Below, one piece after another: positions 28,529-38,731 of a stretch of 64,000 nucleotides of DNA. The stretch comes from a virus. The notes beneath the pieces were generated by a model, which searched no databases, was not told the origin of the DNA, and worked only from the letters and a program-made list of their open reading frames with translations. Numbering within the stretch: position 1 is the first letter of the stretch; every line of letters starts with the position of its first letter. The stretch spans positions 1 through 64,000 of IMG/VR virus record IMGVR_UViG_3300048687_000113; one strand, given 5' to 3'. A program made the translations under genes and the position numbers.

Positions 28529-28544
28529 TCACCCATTCGAGTGA
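28529..28544. promoter_or_regulatory. BldM-box-like palindrome upstream of lsr2
   Basis: TCACCCATTCGAGTGA. Confidence 0.6.
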
Positions 28545-28681
28545 TGTTTCAACGGTTCCCTGATCGCCCCACGTGGGGTAAGGATGGCCGCTCCGCACGT
28601 CTGGCGCGAGGAATGTAAAGGCATAGCCCGGACAGTCTGTAGGGACCGTGGAGACTCCATGGCAGGAGCGCCGGCCGCTCC

Positions 28682-29587
28682 TCAGTGCTCGTCCGTCCGC
28701 TCGGCCAGGCGGGCTGCGGCAATCTGCCCGTCCTCGAAGTACTGCACCGCCGTGTGGATTTCGCCGTAGTCGATGACCCGCCCGGACACCTGCTCGGTCG
28801 GCGCCGTGACACCTTCGAGCAGCTCGCCGGCAGGGCTCGTCGGCAGCGTGATGCCGGGCTCGTCCGACTGCCACCAGACGATGCAGCCGTTTCCGTTGGT
28901 GGGCTGGTTGCTCCAGGCAAGAATCCAGCCCTTCTTCACGAACTCAGCCATCTTCGAGAACACCCAGCCCTCGACCGGGCGTCCATCGAAGTCCTGATCC
29001 TCGTCGTCGAGCAGCCCCATCTCGGCCCCCGCCGTCCGGGCCTCTGCGCGGATGTTGAGCAGATCCACCAGGCGCTCGGCGTACTCCTCACAGACCGGCA
29101 CATCTCCGCCCGGGAAGACCAGAGCCATCTCGTGAAGGTTCACCTGGAGGTGCGGAACGGCGGAGTCATGCAGGAGGTGCGCGACGAGGGTGTGTCCGCC
29201 GACCAGAGCCTCGTGCAGGTACTCCTCCTCGTGGTCGCCGACTGCGCGCCGGATGGAGTGATGCGTGTGCCCCCGGTGGCCTACCACCTCGCCGGGACGC
29301 TCCTCGACCAGCAGATCGCTCTCGATCGCGCCGAGGAACCGACCCTGGTCCAGGAGGCGGAAGCCGGCGTCTCCGGTAACGACCTCTTCGTCCTTGTCGG
29401 GCAGGCGCAGCGTGAAGGAGATGTCCCAGTCGGTGCCGTCCGCGTTGTCCTTCACCGACCAGCCCTCGGCCACGAGCCGGAACGAGGCGAAGTAGGCCAG
29501 GCGGCTCTCGATGAAAGCCTGGCGGTGCTCGGAAGGGTACGGCTCGCGGTTGCGGGCCATTTCCTGCTCGTGCTCTTCGTCCGTCAT
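28682..29587 (-). CDS. Hypothetical protein
   Basis: 301-aa acidic ORF with RBS. Confidence 0.7.
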   Translation of the reverse strand: MTDEEHEQEMARNREPYPSEHRQAFIESRLAYFASFRLVAEGWSVKDNADGTDWDISFTLRLPDKDEEVVTGDAGFRLLDQGRFLGAIESDLLVEERPGEVVGHRGHTHHSIRRAVGDHEEEYLHEALVGGHTLVAHLLHDSAVPHLQVNLHEMALVFPGGDVPVCEEYAERLVDLLNIRAEARTAGAEMGLLDDEDQDFDGRPVEGWVFSKMAEFVKKGWILAWSNQPTNGNGCIVWWQSDEPGITLPTSPAGELLEGVTAPTEQVSGRVIDYGEIHTAVQYFEDGQIAAARLAERTDEH

Positions 29588-29590
29588 TTT

Positions 29591-29911
29591 TCAGTCCTTC
29601 GCATCTCGTGCGGATTGGCGCTTATTCCAGGCATTGAGGACATTGCGCCCAAATTCGGTGAGGCCGGTGATAATCCACCCACCCTCACGCGTCTCCTCGT
29701 CGCCGGGCTCCACCCAGTCCACTGTCCAGAGGCCGGTGTCCTGCATCTTCCTGACGTCTTGCACGGCCCAGGCCCGCTGCCCGGGTGTCTGAAGCCGTCC
29801 GACAGGCGCGTTCTCCTTCACATAGGCCAGCCTTTCGGCACCGCTGGCATAGAGAGCGCGCACGTGTCCGTCCTCGTCGACGTACTTCAAGCTGTAGCGG
29901 CTTTCGGGCAT
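29591..29911 (-). CDS. Hypothetical protein
   Basis: GAGG RBS; wHTH-like C-terminus (LTEFG). Confidence 0.65.
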   Translation of the reverse strand: MPESRYSLKYVDEDGHVRALYASGAERLAYVKENAPVGRLQTPGQRAWAVQDVRKMQDTGLWTVDWVEPGDEETREGGWIITGLTEFGRNVLNAWNKRQSARDAKD

Positions 29912-30189
29912 TTTCTACTTTCCTCAGGGATTAACCGATGACCCGGCCCGGCATGACGCACCGGGGGTACTTTCGGCTGCGATCCGCTCCAGCCCACCAC
30001 CCGGACCTGCGGGATGGGCTGGCGAAGAAGGCAGCAGATCGGCGCCGGCCAGCGCGTTGCTGCTGTGCCCGTGCTCAGGTCGTCACACGGGGAATTCTTC
30101 CATCGAGGTCTGACAGCGGGAGCGAGAGCGGCCCGACCCCCTTGACTCACGTGGAGCCTAGGGGGTCGGGTCGTGGTCCAGGAGCGGTG

Positions 30190-30921
30190 CTACTCCACGC
30201 TCTTGGGCGCGCGTTTCCGACGGATGACGACTCCGCCGGCCGGCACCGTGCGGGGCGGTTCGACGGGAGTAGGCGACTTGTACGGCCGGTGCACCCGCTC
30301 GTCGGTCGTCTCCATGACTTCGGACTTGCAGGCGTCGAAGCCGACGTGCCAGAGCACATCGTTATCGCCCTTGAAGTCCAGGACGCCGTAGCCGCTCGGC
30401 TTGAACTGCTCCCCGGGCGTGAGCTTTTGGCACGCTTCCAGCAAGCTGCGGGCCTTGACCACGCCGGTCAGGTGAGTGGGCCGGTACACGATGACGTACT
30501 CGTGCTCCTCCAGGGTCTCCGGCTCCCCTTCCCCCTCGGCAGGCGCCGTGGTGTCCGCCGGGGACAGCGGCTTCACCTCTGGCGTCCTCATGAACTTGCG
30601 CAGCGCATCCGACCACGCCACCAGGGCGGCAGCACCTTCACGTACCTGCCGCTGCTGGTCCGCGTTGGCGATCATGCCCACGGTGATCCACTCGTCGGCT
30701 TCGCCCTCCGTGGTCTTCGTCTTGTACACCGCATCCGGCGGCGCCTCCTCGGCCTCCGCCTGCGCGCACACCCGCTCGACGAACTCGGGGCCGAGCACAC
30801 CTCCGAGAGCGTGGAAGGCCCAGACGTACGGGTGGCCGTGCCACTGTTCCGGAGCGGCCGGCAACGACATGGCGATGCCCTCGGGCGCCTCCAGCCGGGG
30901 CCTGTCATCGGTCACGGACAT
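30190..30921 (-). CDS. Hypothetical protein
   Basis: Coupled ORF. Confidence 0.7.
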   Translation of the reverse strand: MSVTDDRPRLEAPEGIAMSLPAAPEQWHGHPYVWAFHALGGVLGPEFVERVCAQAEAEEAPPDAVYKTKTTEGEADEWITVGMIANADQQRQVREGAAALVAWSDALRKFMRTPEVKPLSPADTTAPAEGEGEPETLEEHEYVIVYRPTHLTGVVKARSLLEACQKLTPGEQFKPSGYGVLDFKGDNDVLWHVGFDACKSEVMETTDERVHRPYKSPTPVEPPRTVPAGGVVIRRKRAPKSVE

Positions 30922-31187
30922 CACGTGCCCTCCAGGATGTTGTGCCGGGTGGTGGTCAGCTCGTGCACACGGTCGAGCACCGCGCCTTCGTCGGGCTTGC
31001 CGACCTCGACGAGCGTGATGCGGCGGCCGTCGTGGACCGCACCGAGGAACAGCGGTGCGAGGTCGGCTATGGCGTCCCGGTCCGTGACGATCTTGCCGAC
31101 GTAGAACCGGCCGTCGTCGATACCGGGAGTCGTCTCGTCGTCGCCGTCCTTCGGGTCGGCGTACACGTACAAGAAGCGGGCGCTCAT
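30921..31187 (-). CDS. Hypothetical protein
   Basis: ATGA coupling. Confidence 0.65.
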   Translation of the reverse strand: MSARFLYVYADPKDGDDETTPGIDDGRFYVGKIVTDRDAIADLAPLFLGAVHDGRRITLVEVGKPDEGAVLDRVHELTTTRHNILEGT

Positions 31188-31657
31188 GAGGCTGTCACCG
31201 AAGCGGGCGCGGCGGTGTCGAAGCCGCCGAACACCAACTTCGCCATCTCGCTGAGCAGGTCGTCGTGAATGTGCTGCCCGAGGTCCATTTCGTGGCTGGC
31301 CTGTGCGTCGTCGTAGGCGCGCTGGTCCTTCGCGTCGCCGTCCTCGTTGAGCAGCTCGTCCCGCTGCTGCTCCCACTCGTCGTCGGTGTCGAGAGCGGAG
31401 GCCAGGGCGGGAAGAATCGGCTTGCCGGGGACCCGCTCGAAGCTGGTGGAGCCGACCGGATACCGGAGGAACTCGCTCTCACCGTGGCGGTAGAGGAATG
31501 CGATGCCGTCCTCGATCTTCACCAGGAGACCGGTGGCCCCCTTCGCGTTGGAGAAGACATTGATCATGGCGCCGGCGAGCGCCTGGCGCTCCTCCTTGCT
31601 CAGGTCCACCAGGCAGCCGCTCGTGGGCGGCAGCGTGCGCTCTTGAGTCTCGGACAT
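31184..31657 (-). CDS. Hypothetical protein (paralogue of 31660-32118)
   Basis: Shared G.TGLL....PALA.A....W pattern. Confidence 0.7.
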   Translation of the reverse strand: MSETQERTLPPTSGCLVDLSKEERQALAGAMINVFSNAKGATGLLVKIEDGIAFLYRHGESEFLRYPVGSTSFERVPGKPILPALASALDTDDEWEQQRDELLNEDGDAKDQRAYDDAQASHEMDLGQHIHDDLLSEMAKLVFGGFDTAAPASVTAS

Positions 31658-31659
31658 GG

Positions 31660-32118
31660 TTACTCTCCTTCGTAGTGCGGGTGCAGGTCGCACACCGGAA
31701 TGTCGTTCAGCTCCTGCATGAGGGCCTGGTGGATGTCGATCAGGCCCACTTCCCATTCGCCGCGCCGACGGTCCCAGTTGTCCTGGTCGCTGATCGGGGC
31801 CTCGCTGTCGCCGCCGCGCAGGGCCCGGTCGGTGTCCTGCCACTGCCGCTCGTAGGCCACCGCTGCGGCGAGCGCGGGCCGGGGCGTCTTGTCGAGGTGC
31901 CGTATGAAGGTCACGGCACTGATGCGGAAGCGCTCGGTACCGCGAAGTCGCGGCTGGTAGATCTCGGCGTACTTGCCGTCGACCCGGATCAGAAGTCCGG
32001 TGTAGCCGTATGTGCCTTGAAGCACCTGGATGTGGTGGCCGACGAACGCGGCCAGCTTCTTCGGTCCGATGCCGCGCATGTGGTCCAGGCGGGGCTTCTG
32101 GTCGACCACGGAGGCCAT
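31660..32118 (-). CDS. Hypothetical protein (paralogue of 31184-31657)
   Basis: Same shared pattern. Confidence 0.7.
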   Translation of the reverse strand: MASVVDQKPRLDHMRGIGPKKLAAFVGHHIQVLQGTYGYTGLLIRVDGKYAEIYQPRLRGTERFRISAVTFIRHLDKTPRPALAAAVAYERQWQDTDRALRGGDSEAPISDQDNWDRRRGEWEVGLIDIHQALMQELNDIPVCDLHPHYEGE

Positions 32119-32212
32119 GGGGTCACCTTCTATATCGAGGGATGATGCGATTACGTCCGGCAATGACCGCGCGCGCCCCCGAAGGGGCTCCACGGACGCG
32201 GCCGGGTCGGTG

Positions 32213-32710
32213 TCAGTGCGGGAGGTTGTTGTAGAAGTTGCGCAGGGCCTGCCACTTCTCGCGGGGCAGCTCACTGGCGCGGGCCGTGTACCACTCGCCG
32301 TGTGGTCCGCCAGGCATACAACCCAACCTGCGCTCGATGATCTTTCCGGCGTCCGTGAAGTGGATGAAGGCGCTGCCGTAGTGGTCCTGCTGGGTGCGGC
32401 GCGGCACGAGCAGACCGACGATGCGGGGCGCTCCTGCCCACCAGTTGCCGTGATAGGTAGCGACCATCCGGACGCGGGAGATGTTGCGCAGAGAACTGTT
32501 GCGCAGGAGCTTGCACTTGAACTCGTCCTGGGGCGTCTGCTGCGGGCGGCCGTTCTCCACGTGCGGGGCGCACTCACCGCACGGCTTGTCGGATTCATCG
32601 GCGCCGGGTGTCTCGTGGTCGACGCCGTCGGGGTACTCCTCCGGGTCGGCCTCGATGACGTACTCGCGGCACCTGGGGCACTTCAGGTTGCCCTCGTTGA
32701 CCATGACCAT
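32213..32710 (-). CDS. Hypothetical protein with CxxC motifs
   Basis: CPRC, CGEC; RBS. Confidence 0.65.
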   Translation of the reverse strand: MVMVNEGNLKCPRCREYVIEADPEEYPDGVDHETPGADESDKPCGECAPHVENGRPQQTPQDEFKCKLLRNSSLRNISRVRMVATYHGNWWAGAPRIVGLLVPRRTQQDHYGSAFIHFTDAGKIIERRLGCMPGGPHGEWYTARASELPREKWQALRNFYNNLPH

Positions 32711-32803
32711 CTGACGTTCCTCTCGGGGGTGTTGGAGACGTGGAAGGGCCCGCTCGCCGACACGTCTGTGCCGTGACCAACGAGCGGGCCCGAATTGAGA
32801 TCC

Positions 32804-32819
32804 TCACTCGTTCGAGTGA
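32804..32819. promoter_or_regulatory. BldM-box-like palindrome
   Basis: TCACTCGTTCGAGTGA; intergenic. Confidence 0.6.
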
Positions 32820-32854
32820 GGCAATAACAGTTCCTTGGTAATGGGGCTGACATG

Positions 32855-32882
32855 AAAAAGCGGCCCCTTTGTGTGGGCCGCT
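32855..32882 (-). terminator. Intrinsic terminator
   Basis: AGCGGCCC/GGGCCGCT stem plus T-tract. Confidence 0.7.
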
Positions 32883-32905
32883 CGTGTTGTGGTGGCGTCC
32901 GGGCG

Positions 32906-33631
32906 TCAGTAGTGCTCGTAGTGGCTTCGGACCAGGAAGAGGAAGTCGACCGAGAGGGTGTTTCGGGCGGTTCCGAGAATCTCGCCGTTGGCGCGGTCGA
33001 TGATGATCTCGTAGCCCGGCTTGGCTGACGATGCCAACACAAAGCGGGTCCCGTCGCGTTCGGTGTAGACGCAGGGGGCGTCTTGCGGGCAGTTACAGAT
33101 CGGCACCACGTCCAGGAGCTGGATCTCGGCCGCCGTGGTGGGGACGAACGAGCGGTGCACGAGCATCTGGCGCAGCATCTCGTCACGCTCGTGCTGGTCG
33201 CCGGGGCGTTTACGGTCGGCGTCGTAGATGGCGCAGTTGACGGTGCGCTCTGAGTCGGGCTCGCCCTTGACCGCGAACGTGACGCGGTAGCGGGTGCGGC
33301 CGTCGCCGGGTTCCGGCTTTTCGTGCTCCGCTGGTGCGTCACTGTCAGCGGGGGCCTCCGGCTCTGCCTGATGCTCCTCGAAGTGAAAGGTGTAGGAGTA
33401 GGCGACCTTCTCGCGGTCGGCGTCCAGGAAGTGCAGGGTGTCGCCCTCGATGCGGACCGCCAGTGCTTTCGGCCAGTCGGTCCACCACACGCCGTCCTGT
33501 GAGCGGGTGGCCAGCTTCTTCGTCTGCACCTTCTCCACCGTGCGCTCACCGGAAAGGTGCGGGTGCACGTTGTTGGTCACGCTCACGCGCTGGCCGGTCT
33601 TGATACGTCGCTTGAATGCAGCGAGGCTCAT
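32906..33631 (-). CDS. Hypothetical multi-domain protein
   Basis: GAGGAGG RBS. Confidence 0.7.
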   Translation of the reverse strand: MSLAAFKRRIKTGQRVSVTNNVHPHLSGERTVEKVQTKKLATRSQDGVWWTDWPKALAVRIEGDTLHFLDADREKVAYSYTFHFEEHQAEPEAPADSDAPAEHEKPEPGDGRTRYRVTFAVKGEPDSERTVNCAIYDADRKRPGDQHERDEMLRQMLVHRSFVPTTAAEIQLLDVVPICNCPQDAPCVYTERDGTRFVLASSAKPGYEIIIDRANGEILGTARNTLSVDFLFLVRSHYEHY

Positions 33632-33930
33632 TCCGATTCCTCCTCGATCTCTTTCAGTGATTCGGGCCCCTGGTGGGATTCGTTGGGGCCGGCAACGTCG
33701 GACCAGTGACCGTCCCAGCGCACGTGCAGCGGCCAGGGACACGCGGACGCGGCTCGGGGAAAGCCACACTTCGCGTGCCCGCACTCCCGGCCTGGACCGC
33801 CCTCGCCGACCTGCTGCTGCCACTTGTGCCGCTTGCACAGGCACACCACGACCGTGCCTATCCAGGTGCCCCAGTCGGTTTCGACGTGTGTGACGCGGGT
33901 GCCGGGGACGAGCCGAAGCGCGGTCTTCAC
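33628..33930 (-). CDS. Hypothetical protein
   Basis: Coupled; Cys-rich. Confidence 0.6.
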   Translation of the reverse strand: MKTALRLVPGTRVTHVETDWGTWIGTVVVCLCKRHKWQQQVGEGGPGRECGHAKCGFPRAASACPWPLHVRWDGHWSDVAGPNESHQGPESLKEIEEESE

Positions 33931-34388
33931 GACTTGGTCGTGATCGTGAGGCTGTACGTGGTCTCTTCGGCCTCCAGGGTGCCGGAGCCTCCGGGGGCGC
34001 AGGCCACGCTCTCCGCGATGCCGGCATAGGCCGCGTCCTCGGTCTCCGCGCGGACCTCGACCGTCACGTGCACCCAGGAGTCCTTGGGTGCGTACCAGTC
34101 CTGGCACCGGTCGGTGATGCTGGGCGGCTCGAACCAGAACAGCGCCGACGCGGCGCCCTCCTTGGACTGGAACTCGGGCATGGCGATCTGCTGGCGGGCC
34201 GGGTCCGTGGTCCAGTCGGCAACCCAGCCGGCACCGGAGGTTTCGTAGACGTGGCCGAGGAGCTGGTCACTGGTCCAGTGCGCGACGCGGGCGTGCACGG
34301 CGTAGTGCTCCCGGCCCGGCTCGGTCTCCGTGAAGATGAAGTGGGGCTGGATGGAACCGCCGACGGGCGGCAGCGACTTGATGGGCAT
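33927..34388 (-). CDS. Hypothetical protein
   Basis: ORF with GGAG RBS. Confidence 0.65.
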   Translation of the reverse strand: MPIKSLPPVGGSIQPHFIFTETEPGREHYAVHARVAHWTSDQLLGHVYETSGAGWVADWTTDPARQQIAMPEFQSKEGAASALFWFEPPSITDRCQDWYAPKDSWVHVTVEVRAETEDAAYAGIAESVACAPGGSGTLEAEETTYSLTITTKS

Positions 34389-34394
34389 GGGTGT

Positions 34395-34646
34395 CTACTC
34401 CGTTCTGCCGGTCTCGACCGGCTTGTTGTAGCGGTGGAGGAACTGGGCGGCCCAGGTGCGGGAGGCGAAGCCGGGAACGCCGCCTCCGCTGCCCGGGTGA
34501 TCGCCGGGGAATTCGGCGACCCAATGGCACACGCCGTCGGGGTCCTGCCACACGACGCCGTACTCCGTGCTCGGTTCAGTGCGGTCGATGACGCGGTCCC
34601 CGAGCGAGCCGGTGTTTCTCGTGAAGGCGAAGGGAAGCTCGGGCAC
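34395..34646 (-). CDS. Hypothetical protein
   Basis: GTG start with GGGGAG RBS. Confidence 0.6.
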   Translation of the reverse strand: MPELPFAFTRNTGSLGDRVIDRTEPSTEYGVVWQDPDGVCHWVAEFPGDHPGSGGGVPGFASRTWAAQFLHRYNKPVETGRTE

Positions 34647-34648
34647 GG

Positions 34649-35704
34649 TTACTCCCCGCTCGGGTACTGACGGGAGGAGAACTGGACCGTGGCCAGGGCG
34701 CCCCACTCGTCGATGACGGCGGCGAGCAGGTCATCGAACTCGATGCCTTCCGCCACGGTGAGACGGCCCATCTCACTTCCCTCGGCCGAGTACAGAACTG
34801 CCTCGGTCGCCTCCCGGTGCCAGATCGCGAACGGCATGCTGCCGCTGTCGTTGACTCGGTGGACGAAGTGGAAGACGAGCTGGCGGAAGTCCTCGCGGTA
34901 TGCCAGGTCGATGAGTGCCGGAATCCAGCACTCGTGCTCGCGGAAGTCGGCGACGCGGGCAAGTCGCTTGCAGTCCACGCACCGGAACAGGAATGCGCCG
35001 TGCGGGTTGTTGTTGTATCCGCGTCCGGTGTTGGCGAGCCGGTGTCCGGACTCGCGAAGGAACCGGTTGCGTGTCGGAATCTGCGCCTCGTGGTCGGGCT
35101 TGTCGGCGGCCCGGTAGGTGGCCAGGATCTGATGCAGCCCGTCCGCGCCGAAGAGCCGCTCCATTAGGCTCCAGACCGGTGCTCTCTCCCCGTCACGGTC
35201 GAGGTCGGCGAGGACCGTCGACCACACCTTCCATTCGAGGAGCTTGTCGCCCGTGAGCGGGTAGTGCGGGTGGTCGTCGGGCTTGTTGACCCCGGCCGCC
35301 AGGTCGTCGCCCACATGCAGCCTGATGACGGTCTGCCGGTCGACGTCGTTGAGTGCGAACAGCTCGACCTCGAAGAGCTGCTTCACCACGCGCCGGCCGG
35401 TTTCCTCGTCATCCACGTGCGTGGCCCCGGCGTACCGGCCGAGGTGCAGGATCTGGTGGGTGCGGCGGATCTCGTTGAGGACGTCGATCATGGAGTAGCC
35501 CCCGGTTTCAGAGTCGTGCACTTCCGCGCAGAGTTCGCAGATGTACCCGCCCGGCACCCGGTACTTCCGGGTGTTGGGAACGGGGCCGTGACCGTTGCCG
35601 AATGCGCTCGGGCATTCGGCGTTGGCACAGTAGAAATGGCTCTGCGCTTCGGGCTCGGGGCCGCCGTCCGGCCACTCAGGACCGACGTAGACGCTGCGCG
35701 TCAT
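34649..35704 (-). CDS. Hypothetical protein with Zn-binding motifs
   Basis: C.NAEC, CELC, CVDC..H.C. Confidence 0.7.
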   Translation of the reverse strand: MTRSVYVGPEWPDGGPEPEAQSHFYCANAECPSAFGNGHGPVPNTRKYRVPGGYICELCAEVHDSETGGYSMIDVLNEIRRTHQILHLGRYAGATHVDDEETGRRVVKQLFEVELFALNDVDRQTVIRLHVGDDLAAGVNKPDDHPHYPLTGDKLLEWKVWSTVLADLDRDGERAPVWSLMERLFGADGLHQILATYRAADKPDHEAQIPTRNRFLRESGHRLANTGRGYNNNPHGAFLFRCVDCKRLARVADFREHECWIPALIDLAYREDFRQLVFHFVHRVNDSGSMPFAIWHREATEAVLYSAEGSEMGRLTVAEGIEFDDLLAAVIDEWGALATVQFSSRQYPSGE

Positions 35705-36318
35705 GCCGTCTCTCCGGCGAGCCAGTAGGTGTTGTAGCCGTACTCGAACCGGACCGGGCCGCTTGCCTCCCGGACCAGCTCGACCGCGCCGTGCCGGTCG
35801 ACGGTGATGCCACGGGTCAGATGCTGCTTGGCGCCCATCTCGGTGCTGCGCAGGAAGTGCAGCAAGTAGTACTTCGCCTGGTGGAACGGGAGCGGGGTGG
35901 TGTGGCTGCCGACAGGTGCACGGTGGCCGGCGTCGCTCTCCTGCCAGCCGGCCGCGAGCTTCGGGGCGCCGGCCACTTCGGGCCCGGCCCAGTGCCGGTC
36001 GATCGCTTCGCCCACGCGCTGCTCGAAGATCCGGTCCCACACGTACGTCTCGTAGGACATCTCCACGTACTTCTTCAGCGCTTCGTCGGCGTTGTCCGTG
36101 CCCTTGGGCCCCTCGAACCGCGTGCCGTGAGCCCACTCGCCGTCGCGGAATCCGTCGTCCACGGTCTTGCCGTTGTACATGCGCCCGACGTACCAGTTGT
36201 CGACGCCGTCTCGGCCCTCCCGGACTCCCAGGAACTGGCCGTAGAAGCGGTCGTCGTAGTGCTTTTGCCGGGCCTGATGGACGATCTCCCAGCCTTCTAC
36301 TCCGACCTTCTCGTTCAT
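35701..36318 (-). CDS. Hypothetical protein
   Basis: AAGGAGGAGG RBS. Confidence 0.7.
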   Translation of the reverse strand: MNEKVGVEGWEIVHQARQKHYDDRFYGQFLGVREGRDGVDNWYVGRMYNGKTVDDGFRDGEWAHGTRFEGPKGTDNADEALKKYVEMSYETYVWDRIFEQRVGEAIDRHWAGPEVAGAPKLAAGWQESDAGHRAPVGSHTTPLPFHQAKYYLLHFLRSTEMGAKQHLTRGITVDRHGAVELVREASGPVRFEYGYNTYWLAGETA

Positions 36319-36881
36319 GCCTCCTCCTTACTGACCGACTGGTCGGTCTGCTGACGTGGTGTGTATGGCTTCAACTCGTGCAGAGGCAGCCGCTTGGGGT
36401 TGCAGGGCGTGCCGCTCGGCGCGTAGTCGGTGCGCCGGCAGATTGCGTAGCCGGTGAGCGAGCCTTCCTCGGAGTAGCCATCGGAGTCCGCCTCCAGGCT
36501 CTCCACCCGGTAGGGCCGGCTGCGGAAACTGACCACCGTGCCGACCAGGGCTCTGAACTCGGAGGCCCACAGGTCCGTGGCCACCCACCGCAGAGGGAAA
36601 TCGATGATCTGCTCGGGATGGCTGTAGCCCCCGATCGCGTCCGGCGGTCCGACCCGGTTGATCACTGAGTCGATGACTCGGTACGAGGAATTGCGGGGGT
36701 TTTTGCTGGTCAGTTGAATCTCCAGCATTTCCGCCTGGCCCGCGCGGATTTCTGCTGCGTCCTTGGGCTCCAGGTCATCGATCGGCATCCGGCCGTCGGT
36801 GTAGGCCCCGGTCGGCTTGCCCTGCTTGATGATGCGCAGCCCTAGCAACTCCGGCCGCTCCGGCAGGCGTTCGCGCCTCAT
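36315..36881 (-). CDS. Hypothetical protein
   Basis: ATGA coupling. Confidence 0.65.
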   Translation of the reverse strand: MRRERLPERPELLGLRIIKQGKPTGAYTDGRMPIDDLEPKDAAEIRAGQAEMLEIQLTSKNPRNSSYRVIDSVINRVGPPDAIGGYSHPEQIIDFPLRWVATDLWASEFRALVGTVVSFRSRPYRVESLEADSDGYSEEGSLTGYAICRRTDYAPSGTPCNPKRLPLHELKPYTPRQQTDQSVSKEEA

Positions 36882-37696
36882 GCGGCCACCGCCTGCTGCT
36901 GCGCGGCCTTCCACTGCTCGTACAGGGCGGCGGCGGGGGCGGGTACGAGCCAGGCGAACAGGTCGGCCCACTCCCGGTAGATCTCGCCCTCCGACTTCTG
37001 GTAGTACGAGTCGCTGGCCGGGTCGACGATCAGTTCCGGATTTGCGGTCAGCTTCTCGACCGTGTCCTGGCACATGCGCTCGGTGCACACGACCTCGTAG
37101 CCGAGGCGGGCCATCTGGTCGGAGCCGTCGCCGAAGCACTCGTCGCACACGCGCACGCGCTGCCCGCTGACCTTGTGGACGAGCATCACCCTGGCGCCCT
37201 TGTACGTGTAGCTGGCGCAGCGCAGGCAGTAGAAGTAGCCCTCCTTGTTCAGCGCGCCCCTGTGGACGTCCGACCACTCCCGGAAGACCTCGAAGTCGTC
37301 GTGGATAGCGGTGACTTCAGAGATCTTGGCCCGGTAGGCGTTCCAGTGCTCCAGCTCGATGTACGCGAAGGCAGGTCGGGTTGGCGTCCCCCGGTACCTT
37401 CCGCCGTTGGTCTTCTGGAAGTGGTCGATGCGCCCGTAGTGGTGCTCCAGGCGCCCGTCCTTCTGCTCGACCACGACGCGCACCATGTCGCCGACCCCGA
37501 ACGGCCGGCGGTGCGTGTCGACGGCCTGGCGCCACTTCTCCTCGCCGGCGGCCTCGAACCCGAATCCGGGCCCCAGGTCGTAAAAAGCGTCACGCATGAT
37601 CCCGGCGAGGTTGTACGCGTTGGGGTTTCGCCCCTCCTTTTCCAGCGTCGCGATAACCACCGCTCGCACAGCACGCTTGCTTCCGTATCCGTTCAT
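36878..37696 (-). CDS. Hypothetical protein
   Basis: GGGGAGGGG RBS; CLRC/CDEC motifs. Confidence 0.7.
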   Translation of the reverse strand: MNGYGSKRAVRAVVIATLEKEGRNPNAYNLAGIMRDAFYDLGPGFGFEAAGEEKWRQAVDTHRRPFGVGDMVRVVVEQKDGRLEHHYGRIDHFQKTNGGRYRGTPTRPAFAYIELEHWNAYRAKISEVTAIHDDFEVFREWSDVHRGALNKEGYFYCLRCASYTYKGARVMLVHKVSGQRVRVCDECFGDGSDQMARLGYEVVCTERMCQDTVEKLTANPELIVDPASDSYYQKSEGEIYREWADLFAWLVPAPAAALYEQWKAAQQQAVAA

Positions 37697-37844
37697 GTTT
37701 CCCCTCCCTGATCCGCAATGAATGACGTGAGCGCCCAGCACGGGAATTTGTACCCGCCGATTACCGACTGGGGGAGAGCAGTAATCGCAATCATTTGACC
37801 GGGCCTGTTTCAACTAGCTTTGCCGTACTACTCCAGGCCGACGC

Positions 37845-38393
37845 TCACCACGCCTCACCGCCCTTGATGGCGTCGAGCTGGGCGGCGGCCAGGCCCGCAG
37901 ATTCACGACTCGGACCGAACCACTTCGCCCCCTGGTCCCACCGGCACACCCAGAACTGGCGCCAGCCCCGGTAGGCGAGCAGCCGGTACACCCTGCCGTC
38001 GTCGGCCGTGTACGTCTCCAGTGCACGGCTGTTGACGTAGTACTCGCGGTCGGGCGTGACGCCGGGCTTGTGGTCGTGGAAGCCGAACGGCGCGTTCGTG
38101 ATCCACGTGCCCTCGTGCGGCGGCTCGTCCTGTAGCCGGATCTCCCGCACCGCGTAGATGCGGTCGCTGGCCGTGGCGAAGCGCTGCTCGCCGTTGCTGA
38201 GCCGGAAGGCGTAGCGCGTGCCGCCGTATATGGAGGCCGAGCTGCTCGGGAGGATCGAGACGTCCCAGATGGGGATGAGTTCCCGGCCGGGCTCCATGTC
38301 GACGACCTCGCGCGGCACCCGCATGCCGGGCTTGATCTCGGCGGGGTGTACGGGCTCGATGAGTTCGGTCATGCCTCGAAGAGACCACTGCAT
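37845..38393 (-). CDS. Hypothetical protein
   Basis: ORF with RBS. Confidence 0.65.
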   Translation of the reverse strand: MQWSLRGMTELIEPVHPAEIKPGMRVPREVVDMEPGRELIPIWDVSILPSSSASIYGGTRYAFRLSNGEQRFATASDRIYAVREIRLQDEPPHEGTWITNAPFGFHDHKPGVTPDREYYVNSRALETYTADDGRVYRLLAYRGWRQFWVCRWDQGAKWFGPSRESAGLAAAQLDAIKGGEAW

Positions 38394-38395
38394 GA

Positions 38396-38731
38396 TCAGC
38401 TCTCCCTGTTCTGTTCGATCGGCTCGGTTGCTGCGGCATCCGCGCGGGTCAGCGGGACGCCCATGCGCGCGGCTTCCTGCTCGGCCACGACCACCCCGGC
38501 GGCAAACTTGCCGCCCTGCCACGTGCGCGGGTTTAGGCGGTCCAGGAGCGTGTGCAGGTCGCCGGATGCCTCGGTCAGCGCGAAAGGCCAGGTGTACCCA
38601 ATGCCGATCACCTGTTCGCGCTCGATCACCAGCACGTCGCCGTCACGGATCTCGTCCCGGCACTGGACCGCGCCGTACGCCTCACCGGTGCTGTAGAAGG
38701 TCCACACCTGCGGCACACGCGTGTCGCTCAT
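38396..38731 (-). CDS. Hypothetical protein
   Basis: F.STGEAY.A.QC..I.DGDVL pattern. Confidence 0.7.
   Translation of the reverse strand: MSDTRVPQVWTFYSTGEAYGAVQCRDEIRDGDVLVIEREQVIGIGYTWPFALTEASGDLHTLLDRLNPRTWQGGKFAAGVVVAEQEAARMGVPLTRADAAATEPIEQNRES

Noticed and set aside
28611-28630. Possible self-target of spacer 3 (ATTTCTAAGGGCATAGCACG)
   Set aside because: Only 14 of 20 positions match, with mismatches concentrated at the 5' seed end; consistent with chance. No convincing self-target was seen by eye for any spacer.
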